A stretch of 53,473 nucleotides of DNA, taken from Callorhinchus milii (Eukaryota). Location of the stretch: assembly GCF_018977255.1 (NCBI RefSeq), contig NW_024705336.1, positions 1 to 53,473 on the forward strand, written 5' to 3'. Under the pieces are notes generated by a model, which did not search any database, was not told the origin of the DNA, and saw nothing but the letters and a program-made list of their open reading frames with translations. The stretch's first letter is position 1. Each line of letters starts with the position of its first letter. Positions 38,721 through 50,508 of the stretch are shown here, piece by piece. The position numbers and the translations under genes were made by a program.

Positions 38721-40227
38721 CTACATACGTGCTACTCACTAACAGTCTATTAAGGCTGTACGGGGAAGGGGGGGGGGGTCTTTGTAGTAGTTGGCACGGT
38801 GCGCTACGAACCTGTTGTCACATGCAACACCAATGTAGACTCACACCGGGTAAACATCAGCTTTGGAGAGTGAAACTTGACCAGCTGGCCCTAATAGGTG
38901 CTCGCTAACAACACTTGCTTCCACGGTCTGGGAGGCTGTGTGTGTGCGAGTGAGCGAGCGAGCGAGCGTGCATCTGCGCGCACGCAAGCGTGTCCCAAAC
39001 GTGATTTCCTAAAATGACATTTCCCGACCCGGAGCAATAAGTAGAGAAAGCGGCGAAGTCTACTGAAGGAGCAATTCCACTCGAAAATTCAGTTTTCCCC
39101 GTTTTTATCCTGTGCTTTTTGGCCTTCGCAAAATTACGTCCGACAACGAGAGGCGCACGAAAAAAATCTCGTCAAACCCAGACGCGTGAATGCGTCCGTC
39201 CGCGCGCGACCGGTAGACGGAGGGCGGCACCGCAGGAGCCTTCTCCTCCAATCCGCCAGCGCATGGGTTTCATTAATTCCAACAAGGGATGACTTCCTCT
39301 AGGTCAACTCAGCCCGAAACACGTACACTGATGCTCTGTGCCACGTCAATTTGGCCTGAAATGAGGCATGTAATGAGGGCTTCCCCGAGGTTAATTTGGC
39401 CTGAAATGAAAGCTCCGCCGTGACATTTCCTCAGGTCGAATCAACCTCAGCTGAAAACAGCCAAGCGGTGGCGTGCGCCTGGGTAGACTCAGCATACAAT
39501 GAAAATTTGGTTTTGCAATAAACTCCAAAAGCAACCGCAACAAAATTTCCCTCTTCGGTGTTGTTTCTTGTCGTTGGATCGGAATTTAAATTGAACTTTG
39601 CGATTTGCTTTCTGCTTTAGATTTGCCTAAGGTTCATGACTCAAAAGTAAAAAAAAAATTTGCCCAATTGAGTAAACGATGCAGTGCTCATCTCCTGCTC
39701 ACAGCCTCGAACCAGTGGCGCAAATTCCACATTCATGAGGTGGGTGCAAGTCTATCCGGAGGACAACCACGACTGCCTTGCCTTGCCCCAACAAAGTGGT
39801 GCTAATTTTATGTACCCCGGAGGGATGATGGGCCGAGTCGACCCCTCCTCCAAGCCGACCACGAACCGCTTGCTCTCTACGCGAACGGCTTGCTCACTTG
39901 GCTGCTCTGGGCTCTTTGTAGATTTATTTAGCCTCGTGTGAACTATACAGCTTACCAACGTAGAACGGCGTGGCCGCTTAAATTATCACGAAATAGGTGT
40001 AAAGCTTCTCCAACTGGAAAACGGCGTAATTTAGGCTGGATTTGATTTCCTTTTCAAGTGCTACGGGCGCAGCGATAATTAAGTTTAAGTGGTTAAAAAA
40101 AAAGCTCTTCCCAAACGAACTTGTATTGTCTCGGTGTGGTCTGGGACTGTTGTTGTTATTGTTCTGCCGTCTTGCCCAAAGCTTGCATTTGGTGTTGACA
40201 AATCGGCAGGAATCTACGTTCTAGATT

Positions 40228-40428
40228 TGAAGTTTTCGTGACTGCAAGGGTCCATACTCTTTGACCGGCTACCGAATCATTGCTGATACAGCAATTGCTG
40301 TATCAGCAATTTTGCTGTGACGGTTCCACCTGAAGACGGAAGCTTGTGTTGCCTCCGAAACGTCGTGATTTAATTTATTCTCCTTTTTTTACCTACGTGA
40401 CTTTACCGAAAAAACCAAAGAGTATAGG
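40228..40428 (+). mobile_element. Penelope-like retroelement terminal (pseudo-LTR) remnant
   Basis: A hammerhead motif is followed by the AT-rich tail tacctacgtgactttaccgaaaaaaccaaagagtat, shared with 45455-45545 and 50428-50551. An inverted piece of the tail lies at 40228-40263. Confidence 0.6.
40327..40367 (+). ncRNA. Minimal type-I hammerhead ribozyme motif
   Basis: cac-CTGAAGA-c-ggaagc-ttgtgtt-gcctcc-GAAA-cg-TC-gtg. It has the conserved core, stem I cac/gtg, stem II 5 of 6 bp and a palindromic ACGT stem III. Confidence 0.7.
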
Positions 40429-41619
40429 TATCTACGTACTTGTGCAATGTGTACTTCTACAACGTATGAATCTGTATATGTATTCAGTGTCCTGCTCTAA
40501 TATGTTGATGCAACTCGCCGAAACGACCCCGACTGGACGTCTGTGAGAAAAAAAACCTCATAGCTTCGTCAATCTAAATAGAAATTCTGATTCCGACTCC
40601 CGTTTGTTATACAGGAACGTCTCAAAGTACGCGGGGGGGGTTGGGGGGGTCAGGTTCCGTGTACCCCCACGTAAGCGCGTAGGTTGGGGCTCGCCGATAC
40701 GAGTGTAGATATAAAATGTAAGAGTGTATATAAAATATATATGAAGGTACATAAATGTTTAATAAAAGTACAGTACAGTACAGTAAATTATTCACTAATC
40801 GTCGGTAGCAGCAGAGTCAGATATAACACGAGATCTTTTTGGACTCGCTTATTGCACGGGCGATACAGTTACACGCCGCCAAATACATGTCCGCGTGATG
40901 GCGGGGGTGATTTGACTCCTCGCTTCCCGCCCATGCGTCTATCGAAAGTACGAGTCACAAGTGTACGCGTGAATTGAGGTCGGTCACGTATGAGCGGGGC
41001 CGCATCCATTACTGTAATATATAACAGTGCTGTCATAGCTCTGCAATAATTACTGCGCAGGAACCGAAAACCCATAATTACGAGAGCTTGTACGAATTAC
41101 CAAAAAAGGGCCTAAAAAAGCCAGACGGTGGTCATGATGATGATGACGACGACGATCTGAGCAAACCTTACGAAGGTCACTTGTTGACTGTGCAACAGCC
41201 GCCGGATTGAGCAGAAGGAAGGAAGCGATGGGCTAAAAGGGCAGCGGCAGAAGCAACAATTTCGATTCCTCCAAACAGATGTCACTCACCAATGCTTAAC
41301 GCATCGTCAATAACACTGCCCCCAAAGCCAGGAACGGAGTTCACACGTATGGAGTTGGAGTGCGTGGCCGACCGTCCAAGGACAAAAGTACAAAGAATAT
41401 TTATAATTTCTTCTCTGACCGTCTTGGGCAACGGCCCGTCTGCATAACAGAGATATCTGGACATTACTGAGGCTGAAATTGAAAAGGCAGCCAGAAAAGC
41501 TGACGGATTTTTTTGTTTGTTAGTTTAACCCATGTTTAAAATTAAACACGATGTGCGAGTCTGGCCGGGCAAGCATTGGGCAAGTGTTGGTGTGCTACTC
41601 CGGGTGTAAGACTATTTAT

Positions 41620-41995
41620 GTTGAAATTCTTTCGCAGTGTACGTAGCCAACCGTGCCAATTGGAGGTGTGGAGGAAGGACAACACACTAAACGTAAAAAG
41701 CAGTTCTAAAGAAGTGAGTTTTAAATCTAGATTTAAAAGTGCATAGCTCCAGTGGCTTCCTCATATCGGAAGGAAGAGCGTTCCAGATGGCCGCAGAAGC
41801 GCATCCGAAAGCGCGGGATGCAGTGAAAGTCTTTGTTCGATGTCTAGCCAAAAGCCGCTGGTGCGAGTATGGACCGGAGTTCGTGTGATGGTTTATGCTC
41901 CTTGGCGAGATCAGCAATGTATTGTGGTTCATTTGTGGCAAGCACTTTGCGTGAGATGAGCGTGACCTTATCATGTATTCGTTCGGCAATAATCC
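41620..41995 (-). pseudogene. L2-clade LINE 3' end: frameshifted ORF2 (RT) C-terminus plus 3' UTR
   Basis: Two minus frames join as RIHDKVTLISRKVLATNEPQYIADLAKEHKPSHELRS / RTKTFTASRAFGCASAAIWNALPSDMRKPLELCTFKSRFKTHFF. This is the typical L2/CR1-group C-terminal pattern (P.Y...LRS...RAF...WN.LP...FK..KT.F). Confidence 0.85.
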
Positions 41996-42419
41996 TTGAT
42001 GGATGCCTTCTCTCTCCCCATGATACTACGCCGGCGGAGCAACTGGTTACAAAATCCAACGTTATATATAGCAGCTATGCCAAGCCATTCTACCGGCTAA
42101 GTTATCCGAAGCTATTTATTTACTTCAAAGTCCAATAATAATAATAATACTGGCCTTTAAAAACGGCACAGCTGTAAATGGAAAGTGGCGGGGACGACTC
42201 CAGACGTGGTGGAGAGAGCTCAACGCAGCGCATTGCCGTGTCCATTTATCTTGACGTACGTCAAACCCGCAGAGTCACTCTGCCCAAAGGTAAACCCGTC
42301 GGCATTGCCCGTCCGCGTTGACGACCTAACGAAAAATATCTGCCAAGATCCTGAAATTCCACATTCCTGCGAACGGGCCCAGGAGGCTCTCCCGCCCCGC
42401 CGTGTGACAACGGCCGGTG

Positions 42420-42538
42420 TGGATTCCCGCGAAACGAATGGGGGAGAGCCGCGGTGACCACCCAACACAGGACTTGAACTTGCAACCTTCCCGCCTGCAA
42501 AGGCAAGCGCTGCGACCGCGGCGCCACCTGGCCAGACG
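42420..42538 (-). mobile_element. tRNA-derived SINE head
   Basis: Minus strand ggccaggtggcgccgcggtcgcagcgcttgcctttgcaggcgggaaggttgcaagttcaagtcct is a degenerate tRNA-like A/B box unit. Confidence 0.45.
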
Positions 42539-43179
42539 TATTGCAGTAATGCACGAGGCGCTGTCCTTACGCACCCTCAGCCTGCGCCGCGGTCACATCA
42601 CAACGGTCACTTAGGGGGTTAAAAAAAGAAAAAGTCCCACGTGCGCTCCTTTGTGGGGCCAGGGTGTCACAAGTGATAAACGGATGGTGTCTCGGGCGAG
42701 CGGTAGATTTGACAAAGTAACGCCGAGATACCCCTCGCCAATGATCATCTCGCACGCCGGCAAGATGCTGCACGGTGGCAGGCTTGGTGGCTCGGGGGAG
42801 ATAAAGATGGGGTCCCAATCACGGAGCACCGAGCCAACATTGTTGAGGCCCAGAGTTAAATTCCCGGGCTGCCGCCTATGATTAAACCAGGTTGTCATGT
42901 GCATCTGGGGCGGGGTGGGCCTCAACTGACGTGCCAGTGCATGCAAGCAATGCAACAAAATGCCGCATCGTGTCTTTTCGCAGCCCAAACTGAGTTATTC
43001 TGACTTCCCTCAAGATGCACGGCATGGTTTCAAATAAAACGCCGCAAATCTAAATCGCTAAATTTGGTTGTTTATTTAAACTAGTAGATGTGGCAATTTC
43101 ATTGGTTTGGCTGTCTGGTGGTGAAGGGTCTTACAACTCAGAATTTGCCAGATCATTACGTGGCCAAACCAAAACTATG

Positions 43180-43419
43180 TTTTATTTATTTTTCTTTTAC
43201 CAGTAAGGCCCACTGAGCTACATAGCTCTTTTTCAGAAGCGACCTGACCACAAATGATATATCAACAAAGTGGCTTATGATCGTGTGCAAATTTCAAGAA
43301 GCCAAATACTCTAAACACGTGTTTCTAAATTTGGAGGGGAAAACCAGTTGACCCGGAGAAATCCACAACAACAAAAATCCAAATATACAAGCCTCAGGGT
43401 TGGGATCGAATCCACGACC
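43180..43419 (-). mobile_element. V-SINE-like element, rearranged head
   Basis: ttttaccagtaaggcccactgagc...gggaaaaccagttgacccggagaaatccac...gggatcgaatccacgacc matches the family. Confidence 0.8.
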
Positions 43420-44084
43420 ACAGGGAGAACACCGTGGGACTAACCAAAACATCGGTTTCCAATCGCAGTTTTGCCTTTGTGCTTAATTTGGTCAGGTCCA
43501 GCCCTGGGCATAAATAAAAAAAATAATGTTGCCCTTTACATATCCAGGAAAGAAGCCTCACTTGAGTCACAAGACTCATTTACAGTAAGGTACTGCATTG
43601 GGATGTTTGGCCAAGTCCCTTTGTGAGTGTTTGGATTCGTATTATGGGAGGAAACCAGAGTATTGGAGAAAACCCATGCATAAGAGGGGGACACAACACT
43701 CAATGCTTCGTGCATATAGCTTCAACACCTGGCATTCCTATGCAGTAGTTGACAACAGCGGTTGACCCTAGAGTGTTAACCCCGTTGGGGTCAACCGCTG
43801 CTCAATTACCAAAATGTAGAATTAATTTGATCAAGCCCAGAAGAATGATGGGCTGGGTCCATCCCGACAACGATTTGAGGTCGGAACATTCCGATTTGTG
43901 AGCCCAGCGATTGACCACGATGCAACACAATCACTTCATACCGAAAACAACGGACATAGCGCGCACTCGATATTATATCAGAACAACGAAATTAACTCGC
44001 AGCTACCTGGCAAGGTCATTCAGTAGTTAGGGTCATTTGACCACACACCCCACCACGATGATAGGTGTGTGGGTTGATCAAGTT

Positions 44085-44177
44085 CGTATTGCACTGCTCA
44101 CTGATAATATAGCCTTGTCGGGGGAATCGAACCGAGGTTCATCGCGCAGTGTGCTAATCGGCTATGCGCCACCGCTC
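44085..44177 (-). mobile_element. tRNA SINE head (same head as 21061, 34693 and 38493 copies)
   Basis: Minus strand gagcggtggcgcatagccgattagcacactgcgcgatgaacctcggttcgattccc...atcagtgagcagtg. Confidence 0.55.
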
Positions 44178-44636
44178 AAACCCCAACGCTTAATATGCCA
44201 CTCAAACTCTTGATATAAAAAAAACAAAGCAATAAAAACGAGTCTGAAGGTCTCCTATTTTCTCCACGCTCTTGTGCAAAGGCCTGATTGCGAGTCTCAT
44301 CATGTACTGTACTTTAATTGCAACCTAGCAAGGCTGCTCATGCAGAACCCCCCCCCATGCCCCGATACACGGAATTTTTGTTCTGAAAATGGAAACCCGT
44401 AATTATTTACGACGCGAGTTTGCTCGCTCGTGCGTGCGCGTGTCATGAAGGGAGAAGACAATAATAACTGCTCTGGCAACAGTGCGCGAGCGGCGTGCGC
44501 GGCGTGCGCGGCGTGCATTTCTCGCGAGCCGAGAAAGCAGAGCGGCGCACTCGGGCAGCTTGCGTGCCACGGCGCTCTGCTTACGCGTTCCGCGTTTTGC
44601 TTCGTGCCAGTTACATGCCGGCAGAAGGGAACAAAA

Positions 44637-44718
44637 TGTTGTTGTCCTTCCCCCTGCACCTCCGATGAGCACGGTTGGCTCCGTACAGTGCAAAAGAAGT
44701 TCAACATACATGCATACA
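44637..44718 (+). mobile_element. L2 3' UTR terminus; other short copies 26996-27035 (-), 31804-31840 (+), 46971-47035 (-), 51560-51630 (+)
   Basis: gttgtccttc..gcacctccgat(t/g)agcacggttggctacgtacggtgcgaaagaagttcaac followed by a (CA/CATA) tail. The same motif follows the L2 stop codon at 41687. Confidence 0.75.
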
Positions 44719-45454
44719 AATTGGGAGTCTTCGCAGAGGGTCTGCAAAGCGGTTGCTGGCATGCCATAAAACCCGGAACGTCTTGTGCACGAGATGGAAT
44801 GGATCAGTGCGGGTTTTGCAGTACAAGTTTACGAAGCTGCATAGTTGGATGGCAGGTAGGGTGTGGTGGGTTTTAAATGTGTGGGTATGCCCATGTCTTC
44901 CAACACACCCCCCGGTCAATGTGGAAGAGTAGACCAAATACTATCTAGGGATCGCTCGAGCAGTGGCATCAGCAAGCAATTGCAGGGCTGCACATTCTTT
45001 TACCACGTTGCCCGTTCATTGCCTTCTGAGTTAATACACCTATTAGTGGCTCAACATAATCTAATTAAGAGTGGGATTTGTTAATCCACTCTCCAATCAG
45101 CCTATTATCAATCTTCCTTTTGTATGCGAATGCATTTATTTCCATAGATCTTTCTCTGATATGCTTGGTCTGTCTTCCTACTATATGCCCTATTCAAAAG
45201 ATAAAAGATAAAAACCCTGAAGTTTTGGGCAAAGCCATAATATTATTCATGCTTATTCATCAGGGGTTTAACCCGAGCAGCACTGAGCAGGAAATAGTCC
45301 CATGGAAGCTTGCTGTGTATCCTGTTTGCCATTTATCCTATTCACCCTGCAAAATAACTGCAAATAGTAGGAAAATCCATGCATTATCAAGGATAATAGG
45401 ATATGTGAATAGCGCCCAAAATATCAAAGTGGGTAAGAAAAATTTCACTGTACT

Positions 45455-45545
45455 CATACTCTTAGGTTTTTTCGGTAAAGTCACGTAGGTAAAAAATAAT
45501 AGAAATAAAATAATAATAATGAAATAAATCAATTAAATCACGACG
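45455..45545 (-). mobile_element. 5'-truncated copy of the hammerhead-associated (Penelope-like) repeat with 14-bp TSD
   Basis: Minus strand cgtcgtgatttaatt...tacctacgtgactttaccgaaaaaacctaagagtatg. It is flanked by aatttcactgtact at 45441-45454 and 45546-45559. Confidence 0.8.
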
Positions 45546-48500
45546 AATTTCACTGTACTTCGTATGGCCGAGTGGTGCCATGGAAGAGTGCTCGATTAAC
45601 AATCATTAGCTCGCAGGTTCAAATCTCAGAGGTCAATTCGGGTGGATAAAGTGAGTACCACTTTGTGGGCAGTAAACGGTGATAGTCACTGCAGACCCGT
45701 CCCAAAGATAGCAATGTGGAGCTTTTACCAATTGTTTACACGAAGGGACACTTTGACCTCTTCAAATCATTTACCAGGTAAGGGCATAAAAAGATGCAAT
45801 CTATTTTGTAAAATGAGTACTTTTAGATATACAAGGAACAGTTTGTATCTGTATTATTCATTATGGAATGATGATAATTTCAAAAGTTATGTTCAGGCTA
45901 TGGTAACTGGGGGACGATGCGGTTAAAAATAATCGCTAAGTCTTCGGCATCCACGTGACAACTGGGGATCCATGCTCGTTTGGCTAATTCCCCCACAGAA
46001 ACTACCGGGCGTCTATGGCGAGAATCGAACCGCCATCGACCGGCTGGCTAAGCTGCGAGCGCTCCAACCATCGTGCCACCCCAGTTGGCCAAATAAGGAG
46101 ATTGAATTGGCCGCTGGCTATAATGCCGTTTGCACGTGGGGGTGGGGGGGGCGCGCGTAAAGCAGATGCGCCCGGACTCACGGCGACACGCGGCGGGCTT
46201 TCACATCGCGAGCCAAGCAACAGGCGCCCATCAAAAGCCACGCGGATCCCTGGGTCTACTAGCAGCGTGAATGGGCGTTTTGTTTACGCCCAAAGCGACG
46301 AAGCTTGAAGTGGTTCCGCTGTGACTTAATTGTCGCGAGCAGACACAACAAAATCCTGCTCGGCAGTTTCTGCGCCGGACACGCGGCGGTTTCAGTTTTT
46401 GAGTCTAATTTATACAGACAGTTACGGGGATATCGTGCGATGGAATGGGAGAGATGATGGTTGTGTCTGCAGATTTATTTATATGTACGCCTTCCAACGA
46501 AGGTCGAACGTGTTGATTGCACTGGTTTCCAGTGCAGGAGGGGAAGGCTTTAACGCTCATAAAGATTATCCAAAAGAAACAAAATCATTAGCGTAAAATT
46601 GTATTGCTACCTGATGAAAAAACCAGCTGAATTGATCAAAGGATTGCCCAAAACTTTGGAGACACAAACCAGAGTAAAAACAATATTTTCTTCAAATATT
46701 CAAACGTGTTTGGCCCTGACAGTTGCCTGTCGGCTTCGTGTTATTCTGAATAAATACTTACGAACAAAAACGCGCGTTCTAAAGGTCCCATATAACACAC
46801 TCAGTCCGTAATACTTTTTTCAAAGTTGTTTGTTCAGTCATTGTGAAAAATGCTTGGAAGAAACTCTGCAATGTTTCAAAAGTGACAGTCACTGTAAAAA
46901 AAGATTTCACGATCATAGTTGCGTAGAGAACACACCGTGCACCCTACTATGAAAGATGCGAACAGCTGTGAATGTATGTGTGTTGAACTTTTTAGCACCG
47001 TACGTAGCCAACCATGCTAATCAGAGGTGCGGGATAACGAGCAGTGGACGGCAGCATCGATGATGAAAAAAGATAAACGTATGATATTCTATAGGTTTAA
47101 AAAACTCACTGATGTCACTGCCAAAACATCCGAAATTCAGGGTGCATAGATTTAAAACAGTCTCGTGCATCTGCCAGGTTTTCTTGGATAAAGGTCACGC
47201 AATAATATAGCAGATGCGGCATTGGTCAGCACGGTTGGCAAGAACGCTGACCTCAACAATTGAAAGTGCGTGTGGTGAAACCCCGGGTAGGGTCGACTCA
47301 GCCCATCATCCTCATCACCTCCGTGTGGTGGATACATTGGGTTATATTTATCAGTCATAAGGCCCTCCACAGTGTGGTATAATGAATAGAAATTCATGTC
47401 ACGGGATATTCTAATTTCCTCCACTCGCACAGGGCTCTCAATGGAGATGAATACCGACACGCGTATTTGATCAAGATGACATCTTGACTGAGAAAGCAAA
47501 AAAATATGAAATAATAATGAACACAACGTTAATTGCAACCTGGTAAAAAAAATATATATTAAACATTACCGCGTAGTTTCACAAACATCATCAGTTTGAT
47601 CGGCGTAAACAGGTTTTGTGCTGGTAAATAAAAAATGCATGGTTAAAAGTAGAGAGAGAAAAATTACTCATAAAATATTAAACGGATTTTAAATGAAGTC
47701 TGGCTGGCTGACAAGAGACAAAGGAAATGTTTGATCAGTGAGGCCTGCTTTGCTCTGTGGTGGTTTAGGAAGAGCCCCGAGCAGCATCCTACACTCGAAA
47801 AATCTAAAATAACAACACACATACATCTATAATCTTAAAAATAAAGTGTATGCGCTCACTTGCGCGCGCGCACACACACGCACTTTTGATATTGCAATGA
47901 AGCTGCTCAGCATGGGATTCCTATATTAACCCTTCGAAGTGCCCTGCAACTTGCCTGGTGGATGGATATATCGTGTGTGCACATACCATGTGCTTGCCGC
48001 ATAGTAGCATTTACAAAATTTCACAATTGCGTTGTAATATTCATAGGGCGCACAAATCAAGTAGTCGACGACGTGACCTTTCATGCGCGTGCGCGACAAA
48101 CGCGATGCTGTGCTAAACACCCTTTGCTGCGGGATAAACAAGTGTAGTTGAAGGTCCCCAAATTTTGCCTTTGAATTCCAACTTCAACGGGCCCCAGGGC
48201 CCAGCTCGCTTGTCCAGTGGGAGGGCAACAAAAAAAATGTACGAGCCGACGGCGGCGGTCGGACGAGCAATGTCTGTGCTTGTAAGAATTATCATCACGA
48301 CGACAGACGGTTGATCCCACGTGCGGGCCCGGCCACCGCTGGCGGAAGATGTCAAGTCGTCTGCCGGGGTGCAAGGGAAATTGGAATCAAAAAGAGTTGG
48401 GCGCGCGCGCGAGGGGTGCACGCAGAAGCAGTGCTCCCCCCATTCCTCCCCTCCCATGCCTCCCTCCCTCCTCTCCCCACCGCTCCCCTCCCACCACGAG

Positions 48501-49284
48501 CGCACGTATGCGAGCGCGCGTGCGCGCGGCCCCGGCCGTTAATGAACTGTCCGCGGGGAGGATAAGTGAGACACAGACGAGTGCGTTCTTTCAGACCACC
48601 CCCCCCGGGAGCGGCGGGATGACAGCGGAAGACGACAGCGAGAGAGGGACAGACGAGAGCAGAAGCCAAGCGAATTTTGCAAATACACCCCACGACAAAA
48701 ATCACCCAATCCCGCCAGACCTCAAAAGCTAATCGGGGTTGAGCCGGGACAAGTGTTTGGATAGGCAAAAACCACCACCACCACCTCCGCCGCCGCCAAG
48801 CGCCGAGGTGTAGCAGGCGTTGGGAGTGCAGCACGGTGAAAGCCAATGTTGCTCTGTACTCCGCCCGGCTTCACCAACCCGCACTGACCGGTGTGGTGAA
48901 GTACGTTTAAAAAGCCACCGTGGCATGCACGGAGCGGGAGGGGGTCCTCTTCCTGCAGTGCACTGGCAAAGGGGCAATAAATGTACAAAGCCAACGTGGA
49001 GGAAAGAGAAAGTCTGAAGTAACCGACGCAACAGCGACACGAGGCTGTTATAGTCCATTAGGTGCCGCGGGGTGCCCAAGCATTTTAGTGATGGTTAAGT
49101 GTCCAGGTCTTGAAGGTCCCCGTGCTAAGATCCACTGGAGTGTTGTCGTTTGTATGTTGATGAGAGCAATATGTGGCGCATGGATGGTGACTATGATGGA
49201 TGCGTTGTACAACTACGAGTCGAAGAGCACCTTGCCACTGAAACGTGCACAGGGCGGCGTTCATTTCCTCCGATGACCCTGAGC

Positions 49285-49510
49285 CAGCGTTCGAAATTCC
49301 ACATTGCCATGGCGGGGCCATTCTCTGCATATGAGGACCATTGCTGAAATCCCACTTGTAGCCTCATGCTGGAGCTATGCACCTTTAAATCATCCAGATT
49401 GAAAACGCATTTCTTTAGAACTGCTTTGTGTTTAGTTTGTTGTTTTTCCCCCCCCGCACCCCCAACTAGCACGGTGGGCTACGTACGGTAAAATAAGTTC
49501 AACATGCATA
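49285..49510 (+). mobile_element. L2 LINE 3' end fragment
   Basis: ctggagctatgcacctttaaatc..agattgaaaacgcatttctttagaactgcttt matches the ORF end at 41687-41750 and is followed by the 3' UTR motif. Confidence 0.8.
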
Positions 49511-50508
49511 TATACATGCTGGCTTGTTTTTTACTTTTTTTTTACTCCTTTCCAAGCGAACACTGTGACTGTAATTGCAATGCGAGAGCCTTGCGACTCG
49601 ATGTGGTACTCATTTTAACGACCGGGGTTGGGATGATGGGCTGAGCGCAGGCTTAAATTTGTGACCTCCCGGTTGTCAGTCGCGCTGCTCGTGAGCAGAC
49701 ACGCCGTGCGCTGTGAGCGAGGCCTCTCTTGCAGACGAAATTAAATTGAATTAAAACGGCGAAGCCGCACGTCGGAGCGTACACATTAAGAGCGCATCGA
49801 CGCAGATGATCAAAAACATTCTCTAATTGAACTGAAACAAGGTTTCTTACAAGAGATGGAACTAATTAGCAATTATGGAAATGTATTCGAGTATTTTCAT
49901 ACGGAGCTATGGTGGTGGATTTTTTTTTCTTTTACTCTCCATGAACACACAATTATAGGCAATAAAGACGAGACTGAATTGGAGAGTTGTGAAAGCTCTC
50001 CCTACAAAGGCTTTCCAATCTGTTGCGCGACCGACCGCCTTCTCGACTCGTAATAAGTAATCCACTGGACAACGCGCCCGGCTTGTAGCAACGGTAGCTC
50101 ATTACAACCCACTTAAGATGCTTCTGGCCTCGGGCCTCTGCAGAGGTGGGAATACGTTCGAAATGCGGCGATTTATGAGTTTCATAGTTTGCCATATAGC
50201 ACACATATATCTAACCACGTCAAACGTCCCAAAGCGGTTATGAGCTAATAATTTTAAATACACATTTTCAATATTGGGAACAAAATGAGACAGGAATACC
50301 TTCACATATATTATAATTGGCACCCTTTTATCAATCCATGGGAGTATTTTGAACGAATGAAGGAAAACGCAGCAATGATACAAACAACAACAACAAAAAC
50401 ACTGAAAAAAGAACAATAGGTCTTGGCCTGAAGCTTTTAGTGACTGCAAGAATTAATATTCTTTGGGTCTTTCGGTAAAGCTACGTAGATAGAAAAATAA
50501 TAAAAATA

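Noticed and set aside
48113..49276. Cluster of 110-164 aa ORFs in GC-rich DNA
   Set aside because: They overlap in many frames, have low-complexity translations and include SINE fragments. High GC content explains them.
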